Shown in pieces: positions 1-10,380 of a stretch of 64,000 nt of DNA. The notes beneath the pieces were generated by a model, which searched no databases, had not been told where the DNA came from, and saw only the letters and a list, made by a program, of their open reading frames with translations. The position numbers and the translations under genes are program-made. Origin of the DNA: Verrucomicrobiaceae bacterium (GTDB lineage: Bacteria; Verrucomicrobiota; Verrucomicrobiia; Verrucomicrobiales; Akkermansiaceae); NCBI GenBank assembly GCA_051252135.1, contig JBPOGH010000003.1:32001-96000 (forward strand). The letters run 5' to 3'. Within the stretch, counting starts at the first letter, position 1; each line of letters begins with the position of its first letter.

Positions 1-1448
1 CCGATCCCCAATTCCGCGCCCACACCCCCGTCCTCGACCAACTCGCCCGGGAAGGCTGTTACGTCACCAACGCCTGGGCCTCCGTCGTCTGCTCCCCCAG
101 CCGCGCCATGATGATGACCGGCCGCTTCGCCCACCTCCACAAATGGTGGAATAATAGAAACGTCGGCAGCTACCTCGACGAAAACGGCAAGCCCGCCAAG
201 TGGCCCCTCTACAAATCCTCCCCCGAACTCCTCATCGGCCACGTCGCCCAAAAAGGCGGCTACCAAACCTACTGGTCCGGCAAAACCCAAATGCCCGGCG
301 ACCTCACCGCCTACGGCTTCCACGAGGGCTGCTTCACCCCCGGCAACCTCTCCGACACCGATAACCCCTTCACCGATTTCAAGCACTACTACAAAAAGAT
401 CGACGGCGAGCGCATCCTCTTCAACTCCGACACCGACCTCCCCGTCGACACCTACCAGCAGCACGGCTGGTATTTCTACCCCCACGTCCGCCTCATGAAT
501 CACGGCGGAAAAAGCGGCCTCCAGTGGTGGCCCAACACCCCCGGGTCCATCGCCGACTTCGGCCCACACACCTACGGACCCGACGTCGAGCTCGACTTCA
601 TCTTCGACTACATGGAGCGCCAAAAGGCCGCCGACAAACCCTTCTTCATCTACCACACCAGCCACCTCGGCCACGACGCCTTCGACTGGCTCAACCCCGC
701 CTCCACCAGCAAATGGCCCGGCACCCCCGTCATCAAGTGGGACGGCAAAAAATACACCCGCACCCAGCCCAAGATCACCGGCGACAAGGGCGTCTATGAC
801 ACCCACGGCACCGTCACCCCCTCCGGCATCCACCACCACGTCAACTACCTAGACTACCAGGTCTCCCTCTACCGCAACAAGCTCGAGGAAATGGACATCG
901 CCGATAACACCATCCTCATCTTCTGCGCTGACAACGGCACCTCCGGCTACGGCAAGAACTCCAGCGACCGCTCCAAGGGCGTCCACGTCCCCCTCATCAT
1001 CCTCGCCCCCGGCATGACCAGGCACGGCCGACAGGACGTCCAGGTCTCCATGGCCGACTTCCTTCCTACCATCGCAGAAATCGCCAAGGTCGACCTCCCG
1101 GCCGACTTCGAGATCAACGGCAAGTCCCTCGTTCCCTTCCTCTTCGGTCAGGAAAAAAGTCACCGCGACTTCCTCTACGGCTACAACTCCGCCGACCAAA
1201 TTGTCCGCGGCTCCCTCGTCATGAAGGACGGTAAGGACCGATGGTGGGACGTCTCCCGAACCCCCGCCGACCTCATCTCCTTTCCCCAAATCACCGACTG
1301 GTCAAAAATCACCCCCGGGCACCACGCCGAGCGCGACCGTCTCATCGAGACCATCAAACCCTTCAGCATGAAACTCACCGGCCGCGATGCCCCCGGCTTC
1401 ATCCCCAAAAACACTCCACAACCCAAGCCCAATAAGGAGAGCGGATAA
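1..1448 (+). CDS. Sulfatase (S1, formylglycine-dependent), 5'-truncated by the window edge
   Basis: Frame is open from position 3: DPQFRAHTPVLDQLAREG...VCSPSRAMMMTGR (CxPxR motif). Also GKTQM, FCADNG and DFLPTIAE. Confidence 0.9.
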   Translation, partial: DPQFRAHTPVLDQLAREGCYVTNAWASVVCSPSRAMMMTGRFAHLHKWWNNRNVGSYLDENGKPAKWPLYKSSPELLIGHVAQKGGYQTYWSGKTQMPGDLTAYGFHEGCFTPGNLSDTDNPFTDFKHYYKKIDGERILFNSDTDLPVDTYQQHGWYFYPHVRLMNHGGKSGLQWWPNTPGSIADFGPHTYGPDVELDFIFDYMERQKAADKPFFIYHTSHLGHDAFDWLNPASTSKWPGTPVIKWDGKKYTRTQPKITGDKGVYDTHGTVTPSGIHHHVNYLDYQVSLYRNKLEEMDIADNTILIFCADNGTSGYGKNSSDRSKGVHVPLIILAPGMTRHGRQDVQVSMADFLPTIAEIAKVDLPADFEINGKSLVPFLFGQEKSHRDFLYGYNSADQIVRGSLVMKDGKDRWWDVSRTPADLISFPQITDWSKITPGHHAERDRLIETIKPFSMKLTGRDAPGFIPKNTPQPKPNKESG

Positions 1449-1669
1449 AATGCCCTAGGGGACATTCCTTTCCGATTCCCCCAACCAAGCTACTCAACCT
1501 CTCTACTGCCCTGCGGCTCTGCGTGAGCCCCTCATCAGCCACCATTCCGTCTTACTTCTTCTCACGAAATCGAGCTTAGCTGAACAGCATTCGATTCAAT
1601 CCCGAAAACGAAGTTCGCACCAAGGACATTCAAAAATCTTTAGAACCACCCCTCAACCCAAGTACCGCA

Positions 1670-3271
1670 ATGATTGATAAGAGCTTACTCCCACTCGTCG
1701 CCTGTATTGGCTTCGCCTGCACTTCTTACGCAGAACAGCCGAATGTTTTGCTCATTATGGTCGACGACTTGAACGACTATACTGGCTACCTGGGCGGCCA
1801 CCCACAGGCGATCACGCCGAACATGGACGCGCTGGCAGCGAGCGGCACCCGCTTCGTCAATGCACACACGAACGCGCCGATCTGTGCACCCTCCCGGGCG
1901 AGCTTGTTCACAGGGGTGTATCCACACACCTCACACAACTACTGGTTCGATGAATGGAATGAGAACGAGGTGCTCAAGAACTGTAAACCTCTGGGCCAGT
2001 TCATGAAGGACAACGGCTACCAAACCTACGGCACAGGCAAGTTGATGCACACACCGTATTTAGACAACTGGACCGAGCATGGCATCGATAATTACCCCGG
2101 ACCGTTTCCGTTCGATGGAAAAAAGCCGACCGGCCACCCATCCATACCAGAGCCATTTCGTAACTTGGGCCAGATCGATGGCGTTTACGCCTCCCTCGCA
2201 GACGTCCCCAATGTGCCTGCTTCAGGCGACCGCCCTGGGCACAATGGCTGGGTCATCAATTGGAGAACACCTTTCAAATACGTCAGCGAAGACGACCGCG
2301 ACCTAATGAATGATGAGATTCAAGCGAACTGGACCATCGAACGCATGCAAAAGTTGGCAAAGCAAAAGGACGACAAGCCATTCTTCCTCGCAGTTGGATT
2401 CATTCGCCCACACACGCCGCTCGTTGCACCACAGAAGTATTTCGACATGTATCCGTTGGAAACATTGAAACTCGCGCCCATTAAGGAGAACGATCGCGAC
2501 GATACATATTTTGAAACCATTCTACAGAGCTGGACTCCAAAATGGTATAGTCACTACAGTCTCATGACTGAGTCTTATGAAGATGTGAATGAGGGCCTAC
2601 TCAAGCACCTTCAAGCCTACCTTGCCTGTGTCACTTTCGTAGATGATCAAGTCGGCAAAGTCTTAGATGCACTCGAAAAGAGCCCGTTTAAAGACAACAC
2701 CATCGTGATCCTGGCCAGCGACCATGGCTATCACCAAGGCGAGAAACAATATCTCTACAAAAACTCCCTGTGGGAAGAAGCCACACGCGTGCCTTTGATC
2801 ATCCGCACTCCAGCGATCGAAGGAAGCGCGGGGCAGACAATCGAGCACCCTGTCGCACTCATCGATATCTACCCAACGATCGCTGACTTATGTGGCCTTG
2901 CTGACAAGGACAACAAGCTCAATAAAAACGGTGTCTCATTGGATGGCCACAGCTTGAAGCCATTCCTCAAAGAAGGTGAAAATGCAGAATGGAGCGGCCC
3001 CGACGTCGCACTAACAATGGTCATGACACCTCGGCCTAAGGAAGATCCAATTGAGCACAGCTACGCAGCGCGTTCTAAAGATTATCGCTACATTTCCTAT
3101 GTCAGCGGCAGGGAAGAGCTCTACGACCACACCAATGATCCTAGAGAATGGACCAATCAGGCGGACAACCCCCAGTACGCTGAAATCAAAGCTGAGTTAA
3201 AAGGGCAAATCGAAGCACTCGTCGGCGGCGATCTCGATCAAAGAACCTTCGAACCAACTCGCACAAAGTGA
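1670..3271 (+). CDS. Sulfatase (iduronate/choline-sulfatase-like S1), secreted
   Basis: Signal peptide, PNVLLIMVDDL, CAPSRASLFTG, GKLMH, RPHTP, SDHGYH. Codon usage is less C-biased than typical + strand genes here. Confidence 0.92.
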   Translation: MIDKSLLPLVACIGFACTSYAEQPNVLLIMVDDLNDYTGYLGGHPQAITPNMDALAASGTRFVNAHTNAPICAPSRASLFTGVYPHTSHNYWFDEWNENEVLKNCKPLGQFMKDNGYQTYGTGKLMHTPYLDNWTEHGIDNYPGPFPFDGKKPTGHPSIPEPFRNLGQIDGVYASLADVPNVPASGDRPGHNGWVINWRTPFKYVSEDDRDLMNDEIQANWTIERMQKLAKQKDDKPFFLAVGFIRPHTPLVAPQKYFDMYPLETLKLAPIKENDRDDTYFETILQSWTPKWYSHYSLMTESYEDVNEGLLKHLQAYLACVTFVDDQVGKVLDALEKSPFKDNTIVILASDHGYHQGEKQYLYKNSLWEEATRVPLIIRTPAIEGSAGQTIEHPVALIDIYPTIADLCGLADKDNKLNKNGVSLDGHSLKPFLKEGENAEWSGPDVALTMVMTPRPKEDPIEHSYAARSKDYRYISYVSGREELYDHTNDPREWTNQADNPQYAEIKAELKGQIEALVGGDLDQRTFEPTRTK

Positions 3272-3294
3272 TTGCACAATGAGGGGGCGGACCG

Positions 3295-3547
3295 GAATGG
3301 CACGTAGTTAAGGGCGATTTCAAGGGATTCGGAAAGGAGTCGCGGCGCCCTCGCCGCTTGGATGGTCGGGTCTTTGGGTGACAAAAGGAGAGACTTGGCT
3401 GAAGGCACGCGAAACCAAGCGGCAGGGGCACGGCAAATCATCACCTTGGAAAAATCTATCTCGCCGGGAATGCCATCACACGCCCCTTAAGCCGGTGGTT
3501 TCACGGAGAAATCTAGAGCTAAAAAATCGCTTAACTATGTGCCATTC
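3295..3547. mobile_element. MITE-like / internally deleted IS with IS4-type terminal inverted repeats
   Basis: Left end GAATGGCACGTAGTTAAGGGCGATTT (3295-3320). Reverse complement of the right end is GAATGGCACATAGTTAAGCGATTT (3524-3547). No transposase ORF and no clear target-site duplication. Confidence 0.65.
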
Positions 3548-3633
3548 GAGACAAACCTTTTATAGGTTATGCATTAGTCAGGCTCCCTTTCGGTCGGTTA
3601 GCCTGTAGACCTCATCCTGGGTCTCAAAGCCGC

Positions 3634-3829
3634 TCAGCGCCCACTTTTGCTGCCCTTTCGTTTCTTCTTCACCACGAAACACCGCTTGGCCCAGTCCTGA
3701 TAAAGCGCGCCCATCGTATTTACTTTTGCAGGCATATGCGTAGCCAGGTTATTCAATTCGCTGCGATCCACCTGCATATCGTAGAGCTCCCAGGGCTTTC
3801 TCTTTCCATAGGATGGTTCTCATGCCCCT
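3634..3829 (-). pseudogene. Remnant of a sulfatase 3' end, near-copy of 7229-7395
   Basis: 3634-3800 aligns without gaps to 7229-7395 (8 mismatches in 167 bp by eye) and encodes KPWELYDMQVDRSE...RCFVVKKKRKGSKSGR*. 3804-3828 matches 7517-7541 at 20/25, implying an internal deletion. Confidence 0.85.
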
Positions 3830-3898
3830 CTCCGCCCAAAGAAGATTTCCAGCAGCCAGTCCCCTATGACTGGAAAATGAGATCGAGAAGTAAGGCCT

Positions 3899-4252
3899 CT
3901 ATGTTTTGACGGCCGCGACCACTGAGATCTCCACCAAGAGTTCCGCCCGTGCCATCCGAGCCTCCACACAGGCTCGCGCGGGCGCATATCCTTCTGGCAC
4001 CCAATCGTCCCAAACGGCATTCATGGCGGCAAAATCCTTCATGTCCCGCACATAGAGGGTTGCGGAAAGAAGGTGCTCCCGATCGGAGCCAGACTGAAGC
4101 AGTAGCTCATCCACTTTTTCAAGCATCGTGGCGGTCTGTTCCGTGATCCCTTTGCTGGAATCTTTAGCGACCTGTCCGCACAAATAAATGGTATCGTTGT
4201 GAATGACAACGCGGCTCATCCGCGGCTTTGTCTCCTGTCGCTGAATGCTCAT
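3899..4252 (-). CDS. RidA/YjgF family protein (YoaB-like)
   Basis: 117 aa from ATG 4252: [18 protein letters not shown]...[12 protein letters not shown]...[11 protein letters not shown]...LVEISVVAA. Confidence 0.9.
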   Translation of the reverse strand: MSIQRQETKPRMSRVVIHNDTIYLCGQVAKDSSKGITEQTATMLEKVDELLLQSGSDREHLLSATLYVRDMKDFAAMNAVWDDWVPEGYAPARACVEARMARAELLVEISVVAAVKT

Positions 4253-4304
4253 GGCAGGGTCATATCCATTTGGGGCGATCAAGCGAGGGAGAAAGCGGGG
4301 ATCG

Positions 4305-4480
4305 GCTTGGACTTGTCCGCAGAAGAGGCTGGAGCTACCTCCGCATCTTTTTATTTCACGGTGACTTATTCCGCCAATAATTCGGATAACATCAATTTTT
4401 TTCCAGAGCGAAATGTTGGGCTCGGCGGGACAAATACGCAAGTAGGTGGCAGTGAAGTGCTCACAGTTGCCATGGGAACC
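4305..4480 (+). pseudogene. Possible fragment of a secreted beta-rich protein
   Basis: In-frame peptide [32 protein letters not shown]...[11 protein letters not shown] looks like an extracellular beta domain but has no credible start or signal peptide. Confidence 0.3.
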
Positions 4481-4614
4481 CCGTATCCCGGCTCTCTGAA
4501 TCGAAAGCATTTGCCGCCATTGCTGAAAAGCGCCCGGCTTCTCTCCCAAATCGTGCAGCGCACTTCTCAATCGTTGAAAAGACTCATTGGTCTCTTTTGA
4601 AACTCGGAGTGGTC

Positions 4615-7071
4615 TTAGGGGGCAAATTTCACGGAGAAAAAGCGCGCTTGATCGGGAGTAGCAATATCAAAACTTGTGCTAGCCTCGGTAGGGTGTGCGG
4701 GAATGTTTGCGGTGTAAACGGGCCATTGTGATCTCGGGGTGTCAAGAGTCTCACTGGAGACAAGGTCGAAGGTGAGGCCTGGGACGGAAGGCCACGTCAG
4801 ACGAAAATCTCCCGAGGGGGTCTTCGCGTAGGAGGAACGAAAGGTGTCAGCGCGAACGTCGATCTGGAAATTAATGGAGTCTGTGGCCCCATTCTCATCT
4901 TCGACCTCGATGATAAAAGCGTGAGTTCCAAGATCCGCAAGGGACGGTGAACCGGTGAGTAAACCATTGATATCAATGGCGAGCCAAGCCGGGCCAGAGA
5001 TGATGCGATAGGTGAGCGTTTCTCCCGCGAAAGAGGAAGTTGTTAGATTGAGATCGTCGAAGCTACTGGCAATCTGCTCATCGAAATTGAGCGTGATCGA
5101 GGCCTCATTCTGGGAGAAAAAACTGAGGGAGTGTGTCGTGAAGGTGAACACCCCAGCGAGATCTCGGAAGCGCTCGTCGTTGCTGGTAGCAGTGATGGTG
5201 AGAGGATTCGCAATCGAGGGAGGAAATCCGCCGTTGCTCGCAAGGACGAGTGATTCAAGCCCACCTCCGTTTCCAAAGATGTAGGTTCCAGCGGTCCCCC
5301 ACAAATTGTCGAAGCCTTGGAAGTCGTATGAGAACGCTTCGGGGGACCCCGTCACGCGCACGTTTTCAAAAGTGATGCGCAAAGCCTCCCCACTCTGAAG
5401 GAAGCGACCATCAGTCAGCCCTCCAATCTCGATATTCGAAGCTTCGACGAGGGCGTTCGCACCAAGCGTGGCGGTCGACTCGTTTCCGTTGATGGTGAAA
5501 CTTCCGCCAGTGAAGCCTTCCACGCGAATATCCCAAGCGAGGCTATCATCACCTTCTCCGAATGAATCGAGGCTGAGGCCATCGACCGAAAAAGTGTAAA
5601 TGAGATCGTTGCCAATAGTGGCGCGCGTGATGCTCAGATCGGGGTCATTGAGAACAGCATCACCATTAATTTTTCCGCGAGACAAGTCGCCTCGGAGTTC
5701 GTTGAAGCTGAAATTTTGGCTCAGACTCCGGGGAATGACTGGAATTTGGAGTTCCGCTAAATCGACCTCACCCTTGCCGTCGGAAACGAGAAGAGTGAAA
5801 AGGTTGTCGCCAATATGAGACGTCGAAGGCATGCCGGAGAGATCGCCGCTCTCAGTGATAGAAAGCCATCCGGGCCCCTCGATGAGTGCGAAGGTCAGGG
5901 TGTCCCCATCGAGATCGCTCGCGAACTTGGCCACGTTTTCAGTATAGAGCTGGTCAGGGTGCCTCGCGGCAAAGAGATAGCTCTCAGCGCTCAACTCGGG
6001 CGCGACATTGGACTGGCTCATTTCAGTCAAAATCTCCTGAAGTCTGGTCATGGGCGTGGAGCGCAAGACCGACTGACTGTCATTGATATCGAGGTTCCAA
6101 GTCCAAGCTCCTCCCGCATTGAGACAGCGCTCCATCCAATCGGCTCCTTGTTCTGCGCTCCAAACCACAGGTCCGGAATTCCAACGATCCTGCATCGCCA
6201 TAAACATGTGGCCGAGGATGGGTTGCTGGTTGAGGTCGCTGAGGAAGCCGTTCGTTGATGCCTCGATGGGGTAGAGGAGGTAGTCGAGATTGACGGGGTC
6301 ACTGGGGGGCGCTTGGGAGAGAGCAATGGGATGCCCGTCGGCGAAGTCACTGATCCCCCCAAGACCAACATTAAAGGTGATTGTGCTATCTGGATTGTAG
6401 CTGAGGCAAATGTTTTTCAGGAGCGCGGCACTGGACGCGGTGATCGCGTTCGCCCCGTTATCGAACCACCAGCCATCAACGAGAGTTCCGTATCGCTGCG
6501 CGAACTCATCGATAACCACCTCTGCAAAAGCTTGTCGATGGATGTCCTCGTTCACCGAACCATATTCCTGCAAGACGTGAGCCTCCCAGTTGTCCATTGC
6601 TACCGAAGTCCAGACTCCGGCGGTGGGATCATAAACAGCATCGTAGGCTTTCTCGGCGCCGTGTTTGAGCATTGCGGGGCCCTGGGTGGCGACGTAAGCA
6701 ATCACGGGAATCCCTTGGGCCTGAAATGCGGTGGCGAGCTCGCTAAAAAGATCACGACCGCTCGGGGGCGTTGCGGTCGGGTTAATCGAGCTGATGACGG
6801 AATGGGGGGCGATGTAAGTATCTCCGTGTGCGGCGTCGGTGAGATTAAAGAGGACATAACCGACATCAGGAATCGCACTCACCTGAGTGACGAGGGTCGC
6901 GGCATTGAAGTTTTCAACATTGCTCCAATCGGAGGGGTTCGCGACGATGCGAAAACCAACCCCCCATTTTCCCGACATCCAATCGGCTTGGTGTTGGCCT
7001 TGCACTACGGAGCAGAGAATCAACAGGAAAAGCGGAATGAAGAAAATTCTAAAGGAGAATAGAGCCTTCAT
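4615..7071 (-). CDS. GH107-like endo-fucoidanase with Ig/cadherin-like repeats and a C-terminal module
   Basis: Signal peptide, [29 protein letters not shown] (candidate nucleophile Asp), DFADGHP (candidate acid/base His) and GGAWTW match the GH107 catalytic-domain motif order. Two GP.WL.I...G.L.G.P Ig-like repeats follow. Confidence 0.8.
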   Translation of the reverse strand: MKALFSFRIFFIPLFLLILCSVVQGQHQADWMSGKWGVGFRIVANPSDWSNVENFNAATLVTQVSAIPDVGYVLFNLTDAAHGDTYIAPHSVISSINPTATPPSGRDLFSELATAFQAQGIPVIAYVATQGPAMLKHGAEKAYDAVYDPTAGVWTSVAMDNWEAHVLQEYGSVNEDIHRQAFAEVVIDEFAQRYGTLVDGWWFDNGANAITASSAALLKNICLSYNPDSTITFNVGLGGISDFADGHPIALSQAPPSDPVNLDYLLYPIEASTNGFLSDLNQQPILGHMFMAMQDRWNSGPVVWSAEQGADWMERCLNAGGAWTWNLDINDSQSVLRSTPMTRLQEILTEMSQSNVAPELSAESYLFAARHPDQLYTENVAKFASDLDGDTLTFALIEGPGWLSITESGDLSGMPSTSHIGDNLFTLLVSDGKGEVDLAELQIPVIPRSLSQNFSFNELRGDLSRGKINGDAVLNDPDLSITRATIGNDLIYTFSVDGLSLDSFGEGDDSLAWDIRVEGFTGGSFTINGNESTATLGANALVEASNIEIGGLTDGRFLQSGEALRITFENVRVTGSPEAFSYDFQGFDNLWGTAGTYIFGNGGGLESLVLASNGGFPPSIANPLTITATSNDERFRDLAGVFTFTTHSLSFFSQNEASITLNFDEQIASSFDDLNLTTSSFAGETLTYRIISGPAWLAIDINGLLTGSPSLADLGTHAFIIEVEDENGATDSINFQIDVRADTFRSSYAKTPSGDFRLTWPSVPGLTFDLVSSETLDTPRSQWPVYTANIPAHPTEASTSFDIATPDQARFFSVKFAP

Positions 7072-7228
7072 GAGAAAGAAGTTACGAGGGTTCTATCGAT
7101 TTCCGGGAGACGAAAAGCAAGCCCATTCGATGACCTGGAAGCAGAAAAAAATATATGTAACACTGCTTCGAATTTAAATAGAGATGAACGAGTTTAGGGG
7201 AGGTTTGTAAGAAGCCAGCCACTTCGAC

Positions 7229-8842
7229 TCAGCGCGGGCTCTTCTTGCCCTTTCGTTTCGTCTTCACCACGAAACACCGCTTGGCCCAGTCCTGATAAAG
7301 CGCGCCCATCGTTTTTACTTTTGCAGGCATATGCGTAGCCAGGTTATTCAATTCGCTGCGATCCACCTGCATATCGTAGAGCTCCCAGGGCTTTCCTTTC
7401 AAGGCAACGAGTTTCCACTTCCCTTGGCGCACTCCGCGATTTCCCTGATGCTCAAAGAAGATGGGTTTCGCCCTCGAGAAGGGCTTGCCCTGGAGGAGAG
7501 GAAGCAGGCTTTCACCTTCCATTGGAATAATCTCATGCCCCCTAAATGTCTTGGGATAAATGGCCCCGGAAATCTCAACGAAGGTTCTCATTAGATCAAT
7601 CAAGTGGGTCGGCTCCGTCGCGATCCGGCCATTCATCGAGGCTGCGATTCCTTTCGGCCAATGTGCGATGAGAGGAGTCGAAATGCCGCCTTCGTGGATG
7701 AAGTTCTTATACTTCCGAAAGGGGGTGTCGGAAACGTTGGCCCAGCAGGTCCCGTAGTAGACCTCGGACTCAGCAGTGCCAGCTGCTCCCTTCCCGTTGT
7801 TACTCCCCATGAGAGCCGGACCGGACTGGCCGCCATTGTCGTGCAGGAAGAGAATCAGGGTGTTTTCATAGACTCCCATCTTCTTCAAGGACGTGATGAT
7901 CTTGCCCACGTTCTGATCGACGCAGTCAATCATCGCGGCATAGACCGCCATCCTTTCGTCCTGCACCTCTCTCTCCTCATCCGAGAGCGTCTCCCAAGCA
8001 GGAATTCCCTCCCCGCGCGCGCTGAGCTTCAAAGACTCATCAATCACCCCAAGCTTCACCAATTTCCGGTAGCGATCTTCCCGAATCTCATCCCATCCGG
8101 CGAGATACTTGCCGCGATATTTTGCAATATCCCCCGGCTTTGCCTGAAGGGGAAAGTGAGGGGCATTGTATGCGAGATACCAGAAGAAGGGCTTCTTCTC
8201 CTTCACCGCATTTGCGACATACCGGATCCCCTCATCGGTAAAGGCGTCCGTGGTATACCAGCCTTCCGGGGGATCATTCTTTTTGTCGTAAATGATCTCC
8301 TTGTCCCTCACAATGTAGCGCTCTTGTTTCCACGAGGAAGGCCGGAAGAAGAAGCCGCCACCTTGCGGGCAGCCGTAGAAGTGATCGAACCCACGGCCCA
8401 AAGGCCACCACTCCCTCTGGGCATCGCCCATATGCCATTTTCCCGTGATGATGTTCTCGTATCCCTGCGGGCGGAGAACCTCGGCAATCGTGACACATCG
8501 CTCCATGAGCCGCCCCCGGAAACCGGGGTTCTCTGGACCTTCGTCCGACGTTAACAAGCCCATCCCGGCCTGATGCGCATACAGCCCCGTCATCAAACTA
8601 CTCCGCGTCGGCGAGCACCGGCTCGTATTATAAAACTGCGAAAAGCGGACGCCCTTCTTCGCCAGCCCGTCGAGATTCGGAGTCGCAATCTCACTCCCGT
8701 AACAACCCAAATCCGAGTAGCCCATATCATCCGTCATGATCACGACGATGTTGGGCTTCGCTTCCTTCGCCCCCGCAACTGAGGCCGAAACCATGCTCAA
8801 CGAAACGAGTAAAGAAATGAGCGAGGTTTTAAGATTAATCAT
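7229..8842 (-). CDS. Arylsulfatase (S1), secreted
   Basis: PNIVVIMTDDMGYSD, CSPTRSSLMTG, GKWHMG, NAPHFP, HDNG, WELYD. Confidence 0.95.
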   Translation of the reverse strand: MINLKTSLISLLVSLSMVSASVAGAKEAKPNIVVIMTDDMGYSDLGCYGSEIATPNLDGLAKKGVRFSQFYNTSRCSPTRSSLMTGLYAHQAGMGLLTSDEGPENPGFRGRLMERCVTIAEVLRPQGYENIITGKWHMGDAQREWWPLGRGFDHFYGCPQGGGFFFRPSSWKQERYIVRDKEIIYDKKNDPPEGWYTTDAFTDEGIRYVANAVKEKKPFFWYLAYNAPHFPLQAKPGDIAKYRGKYLAGWDEIREDRYRKLVKLGVIDESLKLSARGEGIPAWETLSDEEREVQDERMAVYAAMIDCVDQNVGKIITSLKKMGVYENTLILFLHDNGGQSGPALMGSNNGKGAAGTAESEVYYGTCWANVSDTPFRKYKNFIHEGGISTPLIAHWPKGIAASMNGRIATEPTHLIDLMRTFVEISGAIYPKTFRGHEIIPMEGESLLPLLQGKPFSRAKPIFFEHQGNRGVRQGKWKLVALKGKPWELYDMQVDRSELNNLATHMPAKVKTMGALYQDWAKRCFVVKTKRKGKKSPR

Positions 8843-8883
8843 GAATTGAGGACGTCATGGAGGCGGACTCCAATTCAGCGAAT

Positions 8884-10362
8884 TCAGCGCGTTTTCCAAA
8901 GAACGATCTCATTGATGTCGTTCTGAGCTTCAGCGCCATCGGTGCTGCGGCCGCGTGCCACGTCAGACTCCAACTGCGCGAGTAACTTGGCCGCGACGTC
9001 GGGGTGTGACTGGTAGAGATTCTTCGTCTCACCGGGATCGGCCTCCATATCATAGAGCTGTGCCTTCGGGCTCCCTTTGGGCACTTGATTTTCTTTGGGC
9101 GAAGACCACCCACCGGAGCCCTTCGCCAGGAGCAACTTCCACTTGCCCATGCGATAAGCGAAGTGACCTGAAAAGGAATGATGAATCAATCCGGCCCGCG
9201 TCGAAATGATTGGCTTACCCGATAAGGCGGGGAGAAAACTCACGCTATCTTCGGCACTACCTGCAGGCAAGGGCTGGCCCGTGATCTCTGAGGTGGTCGC
9301 AAAGAGATCTTGTAGGCCCATCAGCTGATCGCTCGTCGAACCTGCCACGATCTGTCCGGGCCAACGGACCACGAAAGGGACACGGTGCCCGCCATCCCAG
9401 AGGTCTGCCTTCGAGCCACGAAAACCGGCACTCACGAGATGGCCCATTTTCTTTAGCTCGGGAATGTTGGCTCCTTTGGAGGTTCCATTGTCGGCAGTGA
9501 AGATGATGAGGGTGTTTTTGGTGAACCCATGCTTCTCCAGGGCGGCCATAATTTCCCCCACCCCGTCGTCGGTCTGCATCACAAAATCCGCGTGCTTATT
9601 GAGCCCACTTTTCCCCTGCCATTCCTTGGTCGGAACAACCGGTGAGTGAGGCGAGCCGTAAGGCACGTAGAGAAAGAACGGAGTCTCTTTATCGGTGGAT
9701 CGCCGGTCGATATACTCAACCGCCTTCCGGGTCAGTCGCGGCAACATGTGGATCTCCTCTTCGTGAGTAATCACGGTGTCGTTTTCGATCACGCCCTTCA
9801 TGTCACCGGCATGGTGGAAGCCGTGATAGTAATCGAAGCCCCGGGTGAGTGGGCCATCGGGAATTTTACTTCCGACGGGTGCGAGGGTTCCTCTTTTTGC
9901 ATTCCCTTTTCGTTTCAGGATTTTACCTGTATCCGGATCGGCATACTGGAAGTCGAGATGCCACTTGCCGACGATCCCGGTGTGATATCCCTGCGCTTGC
10001 AGAAAGCTCGCCACCGTTGGTCGATCTTTCACAATGAGGTTCGGGTCGAAGCCTTGAACCACCCCTTTTTGCAAGGTCGTCCGCCAGCTGTAGCGCCCGG
10101 TCATGAGCCCGTATCGAGTGGGCGTGCAAACGGAAGAACCGGAATGTGCATCGGTAAAGATCATTCCCTCACGCGCGAGCTGATCCACCGACGGGGTTTT
10201 GATTTTTCCGTTTTTCGGATTCAGAATCTGGATGTCTCCATAGCCAAGATCATCGGCCATGATAAAAACGATGTTCGGCTGTGATCCTGCAAAAAGAGCC
10301 GCCACCGAAGCGACTGATGCCAACAAGGAAGCGAGTGAGGTTTTGTAGAATGATCCCTTCAT
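8884..10362 (-). CDS. Arylsulfatase (S1, ARS-like), secreted
   Basis: PNIVFIMADDLGYGD, CTPTRYGLMTGRY, GKWHL, SPHSP, ADNG, GGHRVPF. Confidence 0.95.
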   Translation of the reverse strand: MKGSFYKTSLASLLASVASVAALFAGSQPNIVFIMADDLGYGDIQILNPKNGKIKTPSVDQLAREGMIFTDAHSGSSVCTPTRYGLMTGRYSWRTTLQKGVVQGFDPNLIVKDRPTVASFLQAQGYHTGIVGKWHLDFQYADPDTGKILKRKGNAKRGTLAPVGSKIPDGPLTRGFDYYHGFHHAGDMKGVIENDTVITHEEEIHMLPRLTRKAVEYIDRRSTDKETPFFLYVPYGSPHSPVVPTKEWQGKSGLNKHADFVMQTDDGVGEIMAALEKHGFTKNTLIIFTADNGTSKGANIPELKKMGHLVSAGFRGSKADLWDGGHRVPFVVRWPGQIVAGSTSDQLMGLQDLFATTSEITGQPLPAGSAEDSVSFLPALSGKPIISTRAGLIHHSFSGHFAYRMGKWKLLLAKGSGGWSSPKENQVPKGSPKAQLYDMEADPGETKNLYQSHPDVAAKLLAQLESDVARGRSTDGAEAQNDINEIVLWKTR

Positions 10363-10380
10363 GATTTTTAAAAGTGTTCC

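Noticed and set aside
3499..4639. 13-bp repeat TTTCACGGAGAAA at 3499 and 4627
   Set aside because: Matches of this length are expected by chance in 64 kb, and one copy lies in coding sequence.
3800..7228. Prophage or integrative element with attL/attR
   Set aside because: No integrase, recombinase or phage genes in or near the block.
3634..7395. Diversity-generating retroelement (TR/VR pair at a gene 3' end)
   Set aside because: Mismatches are not adenine-specific on the coding strand (T/A, A/C, G/A, C/G, A/G, T/C, G/C, G/C), and no reverse transcriptase is present.
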